From Candidatus Bathyarchaeota archaeon RBG_16_48_13 (GTDB lineage: Archaea > Thermoproteota > Bathyarchaeia > RBG-16-48-13), in the NCBI GenBank assembly GCA_001775995.1, contig MEZH01000007.1:43451-107450 (forward strand): DNA of 64,000 nt, in the 5' to 3' direction. The position numbers were made by a program, and so were the translations under genes. The notes beneath the pieces are model-generated. The model searched no databases. It saw only the letters and a program-made list of their open reading frames with translations, and was not told the origin of the DNA. Shown here piece after piece: positions 28,675 through 37,850 of the stretch. Within the stretch, counting starts at the first letter, position 1; each line of letters opens with the position of its first letter.

Positions 28675-29567
28675 TTATTGCCTCCAGTTATGCCTAGTCT
28701 CTCCAAGTATGCGGGCGGGACGCTGTTGTCGTAGAGCCCGAGCTTCTCTGGAGACAGACCCATGGCTAGGCCCAGAAGTTGGGTAATATATAGAACAGGT
28801 ACCCTTTCCTTCAACCTCCCTTTATCCCTGAGCTCGGTCTGGCCCAGATCGAACTGAAGGTGACAGAAGACGCAGGGCGTCACGATGCAATCAACCCCTG
28901 CAGCGGTCATGTTCTGGACCTTTTCGAGCGTGAAGTCCAAGGCGACTAGCGGCTCGCCAGACCTGACGCCGCCGCCTGCCCCACAGCAAATATTCTTGTC
29001 TTTGTATGGGACGCTCTCAGCCCCGACGAGGCTGACCAAGTCGTCCAAGAAGACGGGTCTCTCAGAGGAGCCGTGAGCCCTGATCTTGGTGGGTTTTAAG
29101 TAATGACACCCGTAATGGGCCGCAACCCTCAGGCCTTTCAATTGCCGTGTTATATGGTTTTTCAGGGTTTCCGAGCCCACATCCTTGTCCAAGACCTCAA
29201 CTACGTGTTTCACTTGAGTGCCGCCGCCGTAGCTTCGCTTTACCTTTTCCAAGAGTGCGTTTACTCTTCCTCGTCTTTCTTTGTCATTCAGTATGACGGA
29301 GGCTTCTTGAAGAGAGGCGTAGCAACCGTTGCAGGTGAGGGTTATGTCCAGCCCCAGCTGCTCTGCAATGGAGAGGTTTCTGGCACCTATGACTAGCCAG
29401 TTCTCAAGGTCGAAGCTCCCCAAGACACCTGGGGCCGGGCAGCAAGTGGCGCCGTTCATCTCTAGTAGGTCTATCTGAAATTCATTCATTACGAGTCTCG
29501 TGGCGGCCTCGATGCCTGGATAGCGAAGGGGCATTATGCACCCTAGAAAGAAGGCGTATTTCTTCAT
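28671..29567 (-). CDS. hdrB: heterodisulfide reductase subunit B
   Basis: 298 aa with two CCG domains (..GATCCPAPG.. and ..NICCGAGGG..). Confidence 0.9.
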   Translation of the reverse strand: MKKYAFFLGCIMPLRYPGIEAATRLVMNEFQIDLLEMNGATCCPAPGVLGSFDLENWLVIGARNLSIAEQLGLDITLTCNGCYASLQEASVILNDKERRGRVNALLEKVKRSYGGGTQVKHVVEVLDKDVGSETLKNHITRQLKGLRVAAHYGCHYLKPTKIRAHGSSERPVFLDDLVSLVGAESVPYKDKNICCGAGGGVRSGEPLVALDFTLEKVQNMTAAGVDCIVTPCVFCHLQFDLGQTELRDKGRLKERVPVLYITQLLGLAMGLSPEKLGLYDNSVPPAYLERLGITGGNK

Positions 29568-30130
29568 TTCTTATCCCTAATTACCTTGTTGTAGAAGCCG
29601 TCAGTTCTCATGATCTCTTGGATCTCTGCTAGGGCCTCTGGAAACAGTAATGAGGTCGGAGGAACCGGGCTCAGACCAAGCTTGACGCGGGTCTTCTTCC
29701 CTTCCTCGTTGAGTGGTATCGTGTGACCGGTTTTTATGAAGTTGTTAGCAACGACGAGGTGGCGCTCCTTTGCTCTACCCTCCTCGAAGGCAATATTCCT
29801 GACGATCTTCACAATCTCGGTCACTCTCACGTCTCTGGGGCACCTTTCTTGGCAGGTATAGCAGGTAGTGCAAGACCAGAGATCATTAGTATCCAGGACT
29901 TCTTCCCTATATCCCATCTGGATTCCCCTTATCATGGAGCGAATCCTCAAGGCGGTTCTCCTTCCTGAGGGACAGCTCCCAACGCACGTTCCACATTGGA
30001 CACATTCGTACAGGGTATTCAAATCTTCCAGCGGGTAGATTCTCGCTCCCCTACTCATCACTTCTTTGGCCAGATTCCAGGAGGGAACGCGGTTCGCTTT
30101 CGAGTCTTTCAAAGTGGACAGATCTGCCAC
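29564..30130 (-). CDS. hdrC: heterodisulfide reductase subunit C
   Basis: 188 aa with two 4Fe-4S motifs, CVQCGTCVGSCP and CTTCYTCQERCP. GTG start. Confidence 0.85.
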   Translation of the reverse strand: MADLSTLKDSKANRVPSWNLAKEVMSRGARIYPLEDLNTLYECVQCGTCVGSCPSGRRTALRIRSMIRGIQMGYREEVLDTNDLWSCTTCYTCQERCPRDVRVTEIVKIVRNIAFEEGRAKERHLVVANNFIKTGHTIPLNEEGKKTRVKLGLSPVPPTSLLFPEALAEIQEIMRTDGFYNKVIRDKK

Positions 30131-30133
30131 CTC

Positions 30134-30174
30134 TAAGGGGAAAAGTATTGTTTACAAGGACTACTTAAGGGGAA
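30134..30174. repeat. 9-bp direct repeat TAAGGGGAA x2 immediately upstream of hdrC
   Basis: The copies lie at 30134-30142 and 30166-30174, 32 bp apart centre to centre, in the 78-bp spacer between the protease gene and hdrC. Confidence 0.4.
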
Positions 30175-30208
30175 GCTATTAAAACATAACGCAGTTATAA
30201 TTAAGGCA

Positions 30209-30691
30209 TTAAAGCCGGCTTCCAAGGAGACTGGCGATCTCTTTTTCGACGAGCCGAGCAACCTCGGAGGCCCCTCGCCTTACATTTGAGTTTAAGCCCA
30301 TCCTCATCTCGCTTACTTCAGCGACCTCGACACCTAATATCTTGACTTTGCTGGAAATGTTACCGTACAAAGCTTCGCTGAGTTTCAAGACCGTGGGTAG
30401 ACCCAAGTCATGTAGGGTCAACATAGGAGAAGCTGGAAAATACTGTAACTCACCATAATCAAGGACTCGAATGCCCCCGACTTTTCCCCCAGATTTGAAG
30501 GCATCAACTATCAGGACCTTGTCAAACTTCCCGATGAGATCCACAAGATCTATTCCTCTCACACCCAACTCTATCAATTCAACTTCGGGTGGTATACGCT
30601 TACGCTTCCTTAGCTTCTCCAGGACGAATGGTCCGACCCCATCATCCCCCAACAAGAGGTTGCCACAACTCACGACAGCGATCTTCAGCAG
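30209..30691 (-). CDS. hydrogenase maturation endopeptidase (HycI/HybD family)
   Basis: ..SCGNLLLGDDGVGPFV.. The conserved first beta-strand (LKIAVV) lies upstream of the first canonical start (GTG at 30673). An in-frame TAG at 30692-30694 bounds the ORF. I place the start at CTG 30691 or 30688, behind GAGG (30697-30700). Confidence 0.75.
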   Translation of the reverse strand: MLKIAVVSCGNLLLGDDGVGPFVLEKLRKRKRIPPEVELIELGVRGIDLVDLIGKFDKVLIVDAFKSGGKVGGIRVLDYGELQYFPASPMLTLHDLGLPTVLKLSEALYGNISSKVKILGVEVAEVSEMRMGLNSNVRRGASEVARLVEKEIASLLGSRL

Positions 30692-30801
30692 CTAAGCCTC
30701 GCGTTTTATTGATGTGTCATCTTTCCCGATGAACATTTTTTTATATTAAGAAACGAAAACATAATAAGATTGCGTGAAAACCGATTGGAGCGCGCCATAG
30801 G

Positions 30802-32208
30802 TTGAACATTTTAATAAAAAACGGGTATGTCATAACGGTCGATCCGAAGAGAAGGATGATCAAGGACGGAGCGATTGTGATAGAAGGCAACAAAATAGTC
30901 GCTATCGGCAAGACGGATGACATTCAGAAGAAGTACAAGGCTGAGGAAGTCATAGACGCGAAGAACATGGCAGTCCTGCCTGGCCTAATCAACACCCACA
31001 CCCACCTCTTCCAAGTTCTCCTGAGGAGTCTTGGCGACGACATGAAGCTCTTCGATTGGTGGCCCAAGATGGTTGGTCCTGCCTCGGTCCACCTCAAAAA
31101 GGAAGATGTTTATTGGAGCGCCCTTACGGGCTCCTTGGAACTTCTCAAGAGCGGGTGTACTACCACCATGGACAACTATTATCCTCATCCAGTTTGGGGT
31201 CTAACCGACGAGTGCTTGAAAGCCTTCATAAAGATAGGCATACGCGGCATAGAGGCAGTAGGAGGCACCGATAAGTCGGAGCCATACTTCCCCCCGCCGG
31301 AGGTCCTTGTGAAGAACACTGACGACATAATAAGGGAGATAGTGAGGCTCATCAAGAAATGGAATGGAAAGGCCAACGACAGGGTCCATGTCTGGTTCGG
31401 ATGTGGAGCGCCATTTGCCAATACCGATGAGCTGGTTGAGAAGGAGCATGACAATGCTGAGAAATACGGCGTGGGCATGTGCGACCACCTTCACGAAACT
31501 CAAGACGAGGTCAACCAATGGAAGAAGGAAAACGGGGGCCTAACACCCATTCAATACTACTACAAGAAGGGCATCCGCTTCCTCGGCAGCAACCTCGTTG
31601 GAATTCACTGCGTGTGGATGGATGATGAGGACCTCAAGATCATGGCGAAGACCGATACGAAAGTGTCTCACAACCCCGTCAGCAACATGTATCTGGCAAG
31701 CGGCGTCTGTCCTGTCCCGAAAATGCTCGACATGGGAATAACTGTGAGCTTGGGAGTCGACGGCCCAGCCAGCAACAACGATCAAGACATGTTCGAATTG
31801 ATGAAATCCACCGCCCTGCTCCAAAAGGTGGCGACCTGCAACCCAACAGCAATAACCGCGGAAAAGGTTCTAGAGCTGGCAACTATAGACGGAGCCAGAG
31901 CCTTGAGAATGGAGAAAGAGATCGGTTCCATAGAGCCGGGCAAGAAGGCTGACATCATACTGGTTGACCTGAAAGCAGCGAACATAGCCCCTGTCAATAG
32001 AGTGGCGTCCCAACTAGTCTATTGTGCAAAGTCAAGCAATGTCCACACAGTCATAGTGGACGGAAAAGTCGTGATCAGAAAGGGTTCGCTGAGAACAATG
32101 AAAGAAGAGGAGATTCTAAAGAACGTTCAAGAAACCACAGACAAATTGGTCGAAAGGGCGGGGATGACAAAACTAAGAGAGAGGCCCTGGATAACGAAAG
32201 TGCAGTAA
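30802..32208 (+). CDS. amidohydrolase-superfamily deaminase/chlorohydrolase-like (MtaD/SsnA/TRZ-ATZ group)
   Basis: 468 aa. ILIKNGYVITVD...GAIVIEGNKIVAIG, LPGLINTHTHLFQ, GIHCVWM, SLGVDGPASNN. Confidence 0.7.
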   Translation: MNILIKNGYVITVDPKRRMIKDGAIVIEGNKIVAIGKTDDIQKKYKAEEVIDAKNMAVLPGLINTHTHLFQVLLRSLGDDMKLFDWWPKMVGPASVHLKKEDVYWSALTGSLELLKSGCTTTMDNYYPHPVWGLTDECLKAFIKIGIRGIEAVGGTDKSEPYFPPPEVLVKNTDDIIREIVRLIKKWNGKANDRVHVWFGCGAPFANTDELVEKEHDNAEKYGVGMCDHLHETQDEVNQWKKENGGLTPIQYYYKKGIRFLGSNLVGIHCVWMDDEDLKIMAKTDTKVSHNPVSNMYLASGVCPVPKMLDMGITVSLGVDGPASNNDQDMFELMKSTALLQKVATCNPTAITAEKVLELATIDGARALRMEKEIGSIEPGKKADIILVDLKAANIAPVNRVASQLVYCAKSSNVHTVIVDGKVVIRKGSLRTMKEEEILKNVQETTDKLVERAGMTKLRERPWITKVQ

Positions 32209-32229
32209 GTCATCTTCCCTCTTTCTATT

Positions 32230-33351
32230 TTACATCATCTTCCAGTTTCCGCATTTTCCACAGGTTCTGCAGACGAACATTTTTTGGAAGAGCTCATCAA
32301 CATATTCAAAGCCTCCTTTGGATTCCCTTATGGGACCATAATAAAGGACCATGTTCTTGAGGTAACGCCTCACAAGGTCTTCCTTTCCGCGGAAAAGACG
32401 CATTACATCACCTTCAGTCAGCCACCGTTTCTCCATGAAAACCGTGACGATGGTTTCTGGGAGGTCTTTGTCTATGTCGAAAGGCCTCTTCACGGCACTT
32501 ATTTTCTCTCCGACCACATCTAACTTTTGGAGGTCAGCATTGCCTAGACCTCTATCCTGTCCTCGAGCAATGGGGTTCTTTTGAACAATCTTCTTGTAGT
32601 TGAAACCCATGATCGACGCGGCCACCGAGTCAGTTGCCACGACGTCGGAACCAGCCACAATAAGGTTGGCTTCTGCTGGAGCCCCGAAACAAGGGCTGTA
32701 CCCACCCTCCATTCCTATCGTGCCATCTATTACCGTGAGGACGGGTGGAAATAGTTCCACTAAGTCGCATATGGCATCATCAATGACCTTGTGAAGTCTA
32801 CCTCGGACTTGGGGGAATGGGATGAGCCCATAGAGGTTTTTCATGCCTAGAGTTACCCCAGTGATGTCATGCACCTTCATCACAGGAATACTGATTATGG
32901 CGTCGGCCTCTGCAAGGATTGAAGGAAGCTCATGGGATGCCAACACCCTGAGATTCGGGTTCTCGTATCTAATCATCTTCTCGGCCGAGAGATTGAGGAG
33001 TTCGACGTCGAGGTCTCGGAAGATATCGAATTGAGGTCTTCTGTAGATTCTATCGAGAGAAGGCTCGATTTGAATTGGTGCACCATCAACTGTGGGAACG
33101 TTGTAGTTTGAATCGATTATGGTTATGTCATCAGTCAGCTCCTTAAGAGCATTTATGATTGTAACCGTGACTGTTGGATTTGTGCTGACTCCGCTCTCAG
33201 GCGCCCCTCCGCCCAGCAAGTTGGGCTTGACGAAAACCTTCCATCCCTTCTTGACGAATTTGCCCATGCCGCCAAGAAGATTGAGGGCCTTCTTCGTCGC
33301 AATGATCTCATCGCCCTCGACCTTGACAACTGAGACAAGAGGTTTAGCCAT
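32230..33351 (-). CDS. DUF362-domain protein with C-terminal Cys-rich tail
   Basis: ..GWKVFVKPNLLGG.., ..VMKVHDITGVTLGMKNL.. (DUF362-like). The tail reads CRTCGKCGNW. Confidence 0.6.
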   Translation of the reverse strand: MAKPLVSVVKVEGDEIIATKKALNLLGGMGKFVKKGWKVFVKPNLLGGGAPESGVSTNPTVTVTIINALKELTDDITIIDSNYNVPTVDGAPIQIEPSLDRIYRRPQFDIFRDLDVELLNLSAEKMIRYENPNLRVLASHELPSILAEADAIISIPVMKVHDITGVTLGMKNLYGLIPFPQVRGRLHKVIDDAICDLVELFPPVLTVIDGTIGMEGGYSPCFGAPAEANLIVAGSDVVATDSVAASIMGFNYKKIVQKNPIARGQDRGLGNADLQKLDVVGEKISAVKRPFDIDKDLPETIVTVFMEKRWLTEGDVMRLFRGKEDLVRRYLKNMVLYYGPIRESKGGFEYVDELFQKMFVCRTCGKCGNWKMM

Positions 33352-33427
33352 AAATATGCCTCGAAGTCTAATTAGTTTGAAAGAATAGCTTTAAGCTATC
33401 TCTGTCAGATCAATTGAGGGATTCTTC

Positions 33428-34210
33428 CTGGGTGAACTCATTTTCATAGGATTGGGCTTGCATGATGAGAGCGGAGTATCCCTAAGAGGGATAACAGATG
33501 CCAAGGAATCGGAGGTAGCATATATTGAGCTCTACACGAATTCTATGCCCGAGCTCTCCCTGAAGAGGCTTGAGGACCTGATCGGTAAGAGACCGCAGAT
33601 GCTGAGCAGGGATGATCTGGAGGAGAGAAGCAACGAGAGCATATTGAAGGAAGCTTCTAGGAAGAGAGTCGCGTTGCTGGTCCCTGGCGACCCCATGATA
33701 GCCACAACTCACATCACTTTGAGGATAGCAGCAGAAAGAATGGGTATTAAGACAAGAGTCGTTCACGGCGCCTCAATAATTTCCGCCGCCATAGGACTCT
33801 CGGGACTGCAGAATTACAAGTTTGGCAGGAGTGTGACGATCCCTTTCCCCGGTAATGACAAACCTTCCGAGACCCCTTACGAGGTATTGAGAGAGAACAG
33901 ATCTCTGGGGCTTCATACCCTCGTATTTCTTGATGTTAGAGTAGAGGAAGGACGCTCCATGAGGATCCACGAGGGTCTGGAGATACTTTCATCCATTGAG
34001 AGCAAAAGAATGGAAGAAGTCATTTCCAATGTCATGATAGTCGTTGGGATTGCGAGAGCCGGCTCAGACCGACCAGTTGTGAAGGCGGGAAGATTGAGGG
34101 AGTTATTGACCTTTGAGTTTGGGGATGCGCCCCATATTCTTATCTTTCCAGGAAGACTCCACTTCATGGAAGAGGAAGCGCTAAAGGTTCTGGGGGGCTA
34201 TCAAAAATGA
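33428..34210 (+). CDS. dphB: diphthine synthase
   Basis: LVPGDPMIATTHITLRIAAERMGIKTRVVHGASI, LQNYKFGRSVTIPF. The conserved N-terminal ELIFIGLGLHDE lies upstream of the first canonical start (TTG at 33452). No ATG, GTG or TTG occurs after the stop at 33392-33394. I place the start at the CTG at 33428, 6 nt after GAGGGA. Confidence 0.8.
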   Translation: MGELIFIGLGLHDESGVSLRGITDAKESEVAYIELYTNSMPELSLKRLEDLIGKRPQMLSRDDLEERSNESILKEASRKRVALLVPGDPMIATTHITLRIAAERMGIKTRVVHGASIISAAIGLSGLQNYKFGRSVTIPFPGNDKPSETPYEVLRENRSLGLHTLVFLDVRVEEGRSMRIHEGLEILSSIESKRMEEVISNVMIVVGIARAGSDRPVVKAGRLRELLTFEFGDAPHILIFPGRLHFMEEEALKVLGGYQK

Positions 34211-34479
34211 AAGAGGACAGAGACCTAGAGATCGAAGCACGAACGAAGAAGTATATTCTCACGACTGAGAAAGCGCTGAGCAACATGAAAATGCTCGATA
34301 AGTCCTTGGTGAGTGAAATAGACGTTCGGATGGTCTTGAATTCCGCTAAGAACTACTACAGAGACGCTCAGCATTACATGGAGGAGGAGGATTTCACGAC
34401 AGCATTAGCGTCCATAGCTTATTGTGAAGGACTCATGGATGCCTTGAAATTCATGGGTTTCGTGGATCTTTCTTGGTAA
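34207..34479 (+). CDS. DUF357-family protein
   Basis: 90 aa. ..AKNYYRDAQHYMEEEDFTTALASIAYCEGLMDAL.. fits the family pattern. It overlaps dphB by 4 nt. Confidence 0.55.
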   Translation: MKEDRDLEIEARTKKYILTTEKALSNMKMLDKSLVSEIDVRMVLNSAKNYYRDAQHYMEEEDFTTALASIAYCEGLMDALKFMGFVDLSW

Positions 34480-34545
34480 AACAAGAAAAGGGAAAGAAGC
34501 TTGAAAGGGTTACGACATCCCCAAAAGTAGAACGGAGGTCTTGCC

Positions 34546-35520
34546 CTAACTTGAGATCTCCTTCACTGCTCTGACTATCTTTTCTTCGTCAGGCAACAGG
34601 CTGTCCTCAAGGATCGGACAGAAAGGTATCGGTGTATCGGGCGTCGCGACTCGCTTGATCGGTGCGTCTAGATAGTCAAAGGCTTCTTCGGCCAGGATAG
34701 CCGCCACCTCACTGCCGAAGCCGCCCTTCTTCCACGCCTCGTGGACTATCACTACTCTACCGGTTTTCTTCACCGATTCCAAGATGGTGTCCTTATCCAA
34801 GGGTGCTATGGTTCTCGGATCGATGACCTCAACACTTATGCCCTGCCCCTTGAGTTTGTCTGCCGCGGCCAATGCCCTGTGAACCATAAGCGAGGTCGCT
34901 ATGAGTGTGACGTCATCGCCACTTCTCTTGATATCGGCTTTTCCGAAGGGAATCAGATATTCCTCTTCTGGGACTTGATTCTTGACGAAGTAAAGGAGCT
35001 TGTGCTCCAAGTACAGGACCGGATTATTTCCCCTTATGGCAGTCTTCAATAGACCCTTGGCGTCGTATGCCGTCGAGGGCATGACCACTTGGAGGCCCGG
35101 AATGTGCATGAAGATGGCTTCGAGGCTTTGGGTGTGTTGAGAGCTTGAGCGCGTTCCTGCCCCTGTGGCCGTTCTGACCACCATGGGCAGCGTCCATTGT
35201 CCTGCCGACATGTACCTTATCTTCGAAGCTTGGTTGAGGAGCATGTCCATGCACACGCCCAAAAAGTCGGAGAACATTATCTCGGCCACAGGTCTTAATC
35301 CCATGGCAGCGCTTCCTACGGCGGTCCCCAAGATGGCGGATTCTGAGATCGGAGTGTCCCTGACTCGGTCGGCTCCGAAGCGGGCCATCAATCCTCTGGT
35401 GACACCGAAATCTCCTCCGATGAGCCCTATGTCTTCGCCCAGAACGAAGACGTTCTCATCACGAGCCATCTCCTCACCTAACGCTTCGCGAATCGCTTCA
35501 CTGATGTTTATTTCTCTCAT
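34546..35520 (-). CDS. 2-oxoacid dehydrogenase E1 component, beta subunit
   Basis: REAL..EM..DENVFVLGEDIG..GG.FGVTRGL, RVRDTPISE, PGLQVVMPSTAYDAKGLL. Confidence 0.85.
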   Translation of the reverse strand: MREINISEAIREALGEEMARDENVFVLGEDIGLIGGDFGVTRGLMARFGADRVRDTPISESAILGTAVGSAAMGLRPVAEIMFSDFLGVCMDMLLNQASKIRYMSAGQWTLPMVVRTATGAGTRSSSQHTQSLEAIFMHIPGLQVVMPSTAYDAKGLLKTAIRGNNPVLYLEHKLLYFVKNQVPEEEYLIPFGKADIKRSGDDVTLIATSLMVHRALAAADKLKGQGISVEVIDPRTIAPLDKDTILESVKKTGRVVIVHEAWKKGGFGSEVAAILAEEAFDYLDAPIKRVATPDTPIPFCPILEDSLLPDEEKIVRAVKEISS

Positions 35521-35538
35521 TGCATCTGGCCTCCCGAT

Positions 35539-36498
35539 TTAACCATAAACGTCTCTAAGCGCCTCTTCTGGCTCCGGGTATGGGCTTTCCTTGGCGTACC
35601 TAACGGCGTCTTCGACCTCCGCCACGCCGTCCTTGCGTATCATCTCGTCGTCACCTTCCTTTAGGGCACCAGATTTCATCAATCTGGCTTTGAGGAGACT
35701 GATCGGATCCCGCCTCGCAGCTTCTTCGATATCCTCTTTAGGTCTGTATGATTGAGAATCGGCTGCGTAGGAACCATACAATCTGGCTGATTTGCATTCG
35801 ACCAATGATGGCCCATTTCCATCCCTTGCCCTGTCAACAGCTTCCTTGACAGCCTCGTAGACCGCTTCAACATCTTGCCCGTCGACGGTGACGCCTGGGA
35901 TATTGTATGCCTTTGCCCTCCCAGATACATTGGCTATCGGCGTTGATCTGGAGACATGGGTTGAAATCGCGTATTGATTGTTATCACAGACGAAGACCGC
36001 TGGAAGCTTCCATAAGGCTGCCAAGTTGATCCCCTCGTGGAATGCCCCCGTGTTATTCGCACCATCACCGAAGACAGTTACTGCTACCCGGTTCTCGCCT
36101 CTCAACTTGAATGAAAACGCTATTCCATCAGCGATTGGGATGGATGATCCGACTATTCCCGTTGTGAGAAAAAGACATAGATCGCGATCGGATAGGTGCA
36201 TAGAACCGCCCTTTCCCTTGCAGCAACCGCTCTCTTTGGCAAACAGTTCAGCCATGATCTTACGCATGGGAATACCTTTGGCGATAGCGTGTCCATGGGC
36301 TCGGTGACCACCCAGCAGCATGTCATCCTTCAGCAACGCTCCAGTTGAGCCTACCGCCACCGCTTCCTGCCCCATGCAAAGATGAAGAAAGCCTGGCAAC
36401 TCCCCTTTCCGAAAGAGCTCCTGAACTTTCTCTTCGAATAGCCTGATCCTAATCATGGTTTTATAGAATTCGACCAATTCTGTGTCGGAGAGAACCAT
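35539..36498 (-). CDS. 2-oxoacid dehydrogenase E1 component, alpha subunit (TPP-binding)
   Basis: GFLHLCMGQEA, GKGGSMH, the TPP motif VFGDGANNTGAFHEGINLAALWKLPAVFVCDNNQYAIST. Confidence 0.85.
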   Translation of the reverse strand: MVLSDTELVEFYKTMIRIRLFEEKVQELFRKGELPGFLHLCMGQEAVAVGSTGALLKDDMLLGGHRAHGHAIAKGIPMRKIMAELFAKESGCCKGKGGSMHLSDRDLCLFLTTGIVGSSIPIADGIAFSFKLRGENRVAVTVFGDGANNTGAFHEGINLAALWKLPAVFVCDNNQYAISTHVSRSTPIANVSGRAKAYNIPGVTVDGQDVEAVYEAVKEAVDRARDGNGPSLVECKSARLYGSYAADSQSYRPKEDIEEAARRDPISLLKARLMKSGALKEGDDEMIRKDGVAEVEDAVRYAKESPYPEPEEALRDVYG

Positions 36499-36681
36499 CC
36501 CAAAACCCCTAAGACTATAAATCCTATGGGGTTAATTAGAATTTGCATTGAGCAGAAAGGGACAAGCGAGTTCAGTTATTTGATCGAAAATAGACAACCA
36601 CCGTGAGGTTAGTTTGAAAAGACATAGTTAAGATAATTCTGATCAGAAAGAAAAAGGGTCTCTTGAAATGGAGAATCTTTT

Positions 36682-37131
36682 ATGAGAAAAAGAAAGACCG
36701 TCTTGGCCTCGGGCGCCTTCGACCTACTTCATTACGGTCACGTTCGCTTTCTGGAGGAGAGCAAGAAAGCGGGTGGGGACGGGGCACGCCTAGTCGTGGT
36801 CGTGGCCAGGGATCTAACAATCAAAAGAAGGAAGGGAAGGCCACCAGTGATCCCCGAAGACCAGAGGAGGGCCTTGGTAGAAGCACTGAAGCCTGTGGAC
36901 AGGGCAGTCCTAGGATCTGAAGTATTTGATGTGAGAAGAATCCTAAAGCGGATCAAGCCGGATGTCGTTACAGTGGGGCACGACCAAGGATCGCTTGAAG
37001 GGGAGCTGACAAATCTGATAACTCGAGAAGGGATGAAGACAAAGGTTGTCAAGATAGGAAAGTTCGGTCTCGAAGAATTGGCCAGCTCATCCAAGATCAA
37101 ACGGAGGATTGTTGAGGGCTCGAAACAGTAA
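36682..37131 (+). CDS. ribL: archaeal FAD synthetase (FMN adenylyltransferase) RibL
   Basis: 149 aa. VLASGAFDLLHYGHVRFLEESKKAG is a cytidylyltransferase-fold HxGH motif, and the size is typical of RibL. ATG behind GGAG. Confidence 0.75.
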   Translation: MRKRKTVLASGAFDLLHYGHVRFLEESKKAGGDGARLVVVVARDLTIKRRKGRPPVIPEDQRRALVEALKPVDRAVLGSEVFDVRRILKRIKPDVVTVGHDQGSLEGELTNLITREGMKTKVVKIGKFGLEELASSSKIKRRIVEGSKQ

Positions 37132-37825
37132 CTTTGACCTCCACCTTATCGCCCTCCTTCAAGCTCAACTGCTGCCTTATATACACTGGCGCTATGAGCT
37201 CGATTACGTCTGCGACATAATGGGTTCGCATCGCAGTTATTAGGGCGCCTTCCACTTTACCTCCCATGATGACTTTGTAGCATCTTGCCCCACCGTAGGT
37301 CCTCGAACCGTCCTCGAAGCCCTCCAGAGTTATCGCAGGATAGGCCTCTATCTCTTTTCTTACCTGGATGTTGGTCGGATCCTTCAGTTTGAGGTTCAAG
37401 GTTCCAGGATAGGGATCGAAGCCAAGCTTCCTCATTATTTGTCGCCGATAGCCCCTGAGACTGAGGTAATAGGCACCTTCCCCGAGACCATCGAAGACAT
37501 ACCCCTCGAGGGTGATCGTAGTAGGCGGGACTTCAAAAATAGATTTCAAGCTTAGGAAAACCCGCCTGATCTCTTCCAAGCCAAGATCCGAGATCTTGAT
37601 AACCCCGCCTTTTCGGGTGATCTGGCGCTGGATATAGCCAACGCGCTCCAGCTCCATCAGGTGGCGAGAAACCGTCTGCTGGGAAACCTTGAGTCGATCA
37701 GCTAGCTCAGTGGTCGATATCTGGATAGCCCTGTCCTTTGCGCCAAGCTCGGCAAGTTTGACGAGCGTAAAGAAGAGGATTCTTGTCTGATCTTCTCCCC
37801 GATCCATTTCAGGCAAAGCCAACAA
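37097..37825 (-). CDS. ribK: wHTH-fused CTP-dependent riboflavin kinase (RbkR-type)
   Basis: The N-terminal HTH is ISTTELADRLKVSQQTVSRHLMELERVGYI. The C-terminal archaeal riboflavin kinase part reads PYPGTLNLKL, GGARCYKV, HYVADVIELIAP. Confidence 0.8.
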   Translation of the reverse strand: MLALPEMDRGEDQTRILFFTLVKLAELGAKDRAIQISTTELADRLKVSQQTVSRHLMELERVGYIQRQITRKGGVIKISDLGLEEIRRVFLSLKSIFEVPPTTITLEGYVFDGLGEGAYYLSLRGYRRQIMRKLGFDPYPGTLNLKLKDPTNIQVRKEIEAYPAITLEGFEDGSRTYGGARCYKVIMGGKVEGALITAMRTHYVADVIELIAPVYIRQQLSLKEGDKVEVKVTVSSPQQSSV

Positions 37826-37850
37826 CCGACCCTGGGATATTTGTTATTGG

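Noticed and set aside
23768-30130. Selenocysteine (in-frame TGA) in hdrA, mvhD, mvhG or mvhA, as in Methanococcales
   Set aside because: All six ORFs read through without internal TGA. The positions that are Sec in selenoprotein versions are Cys.
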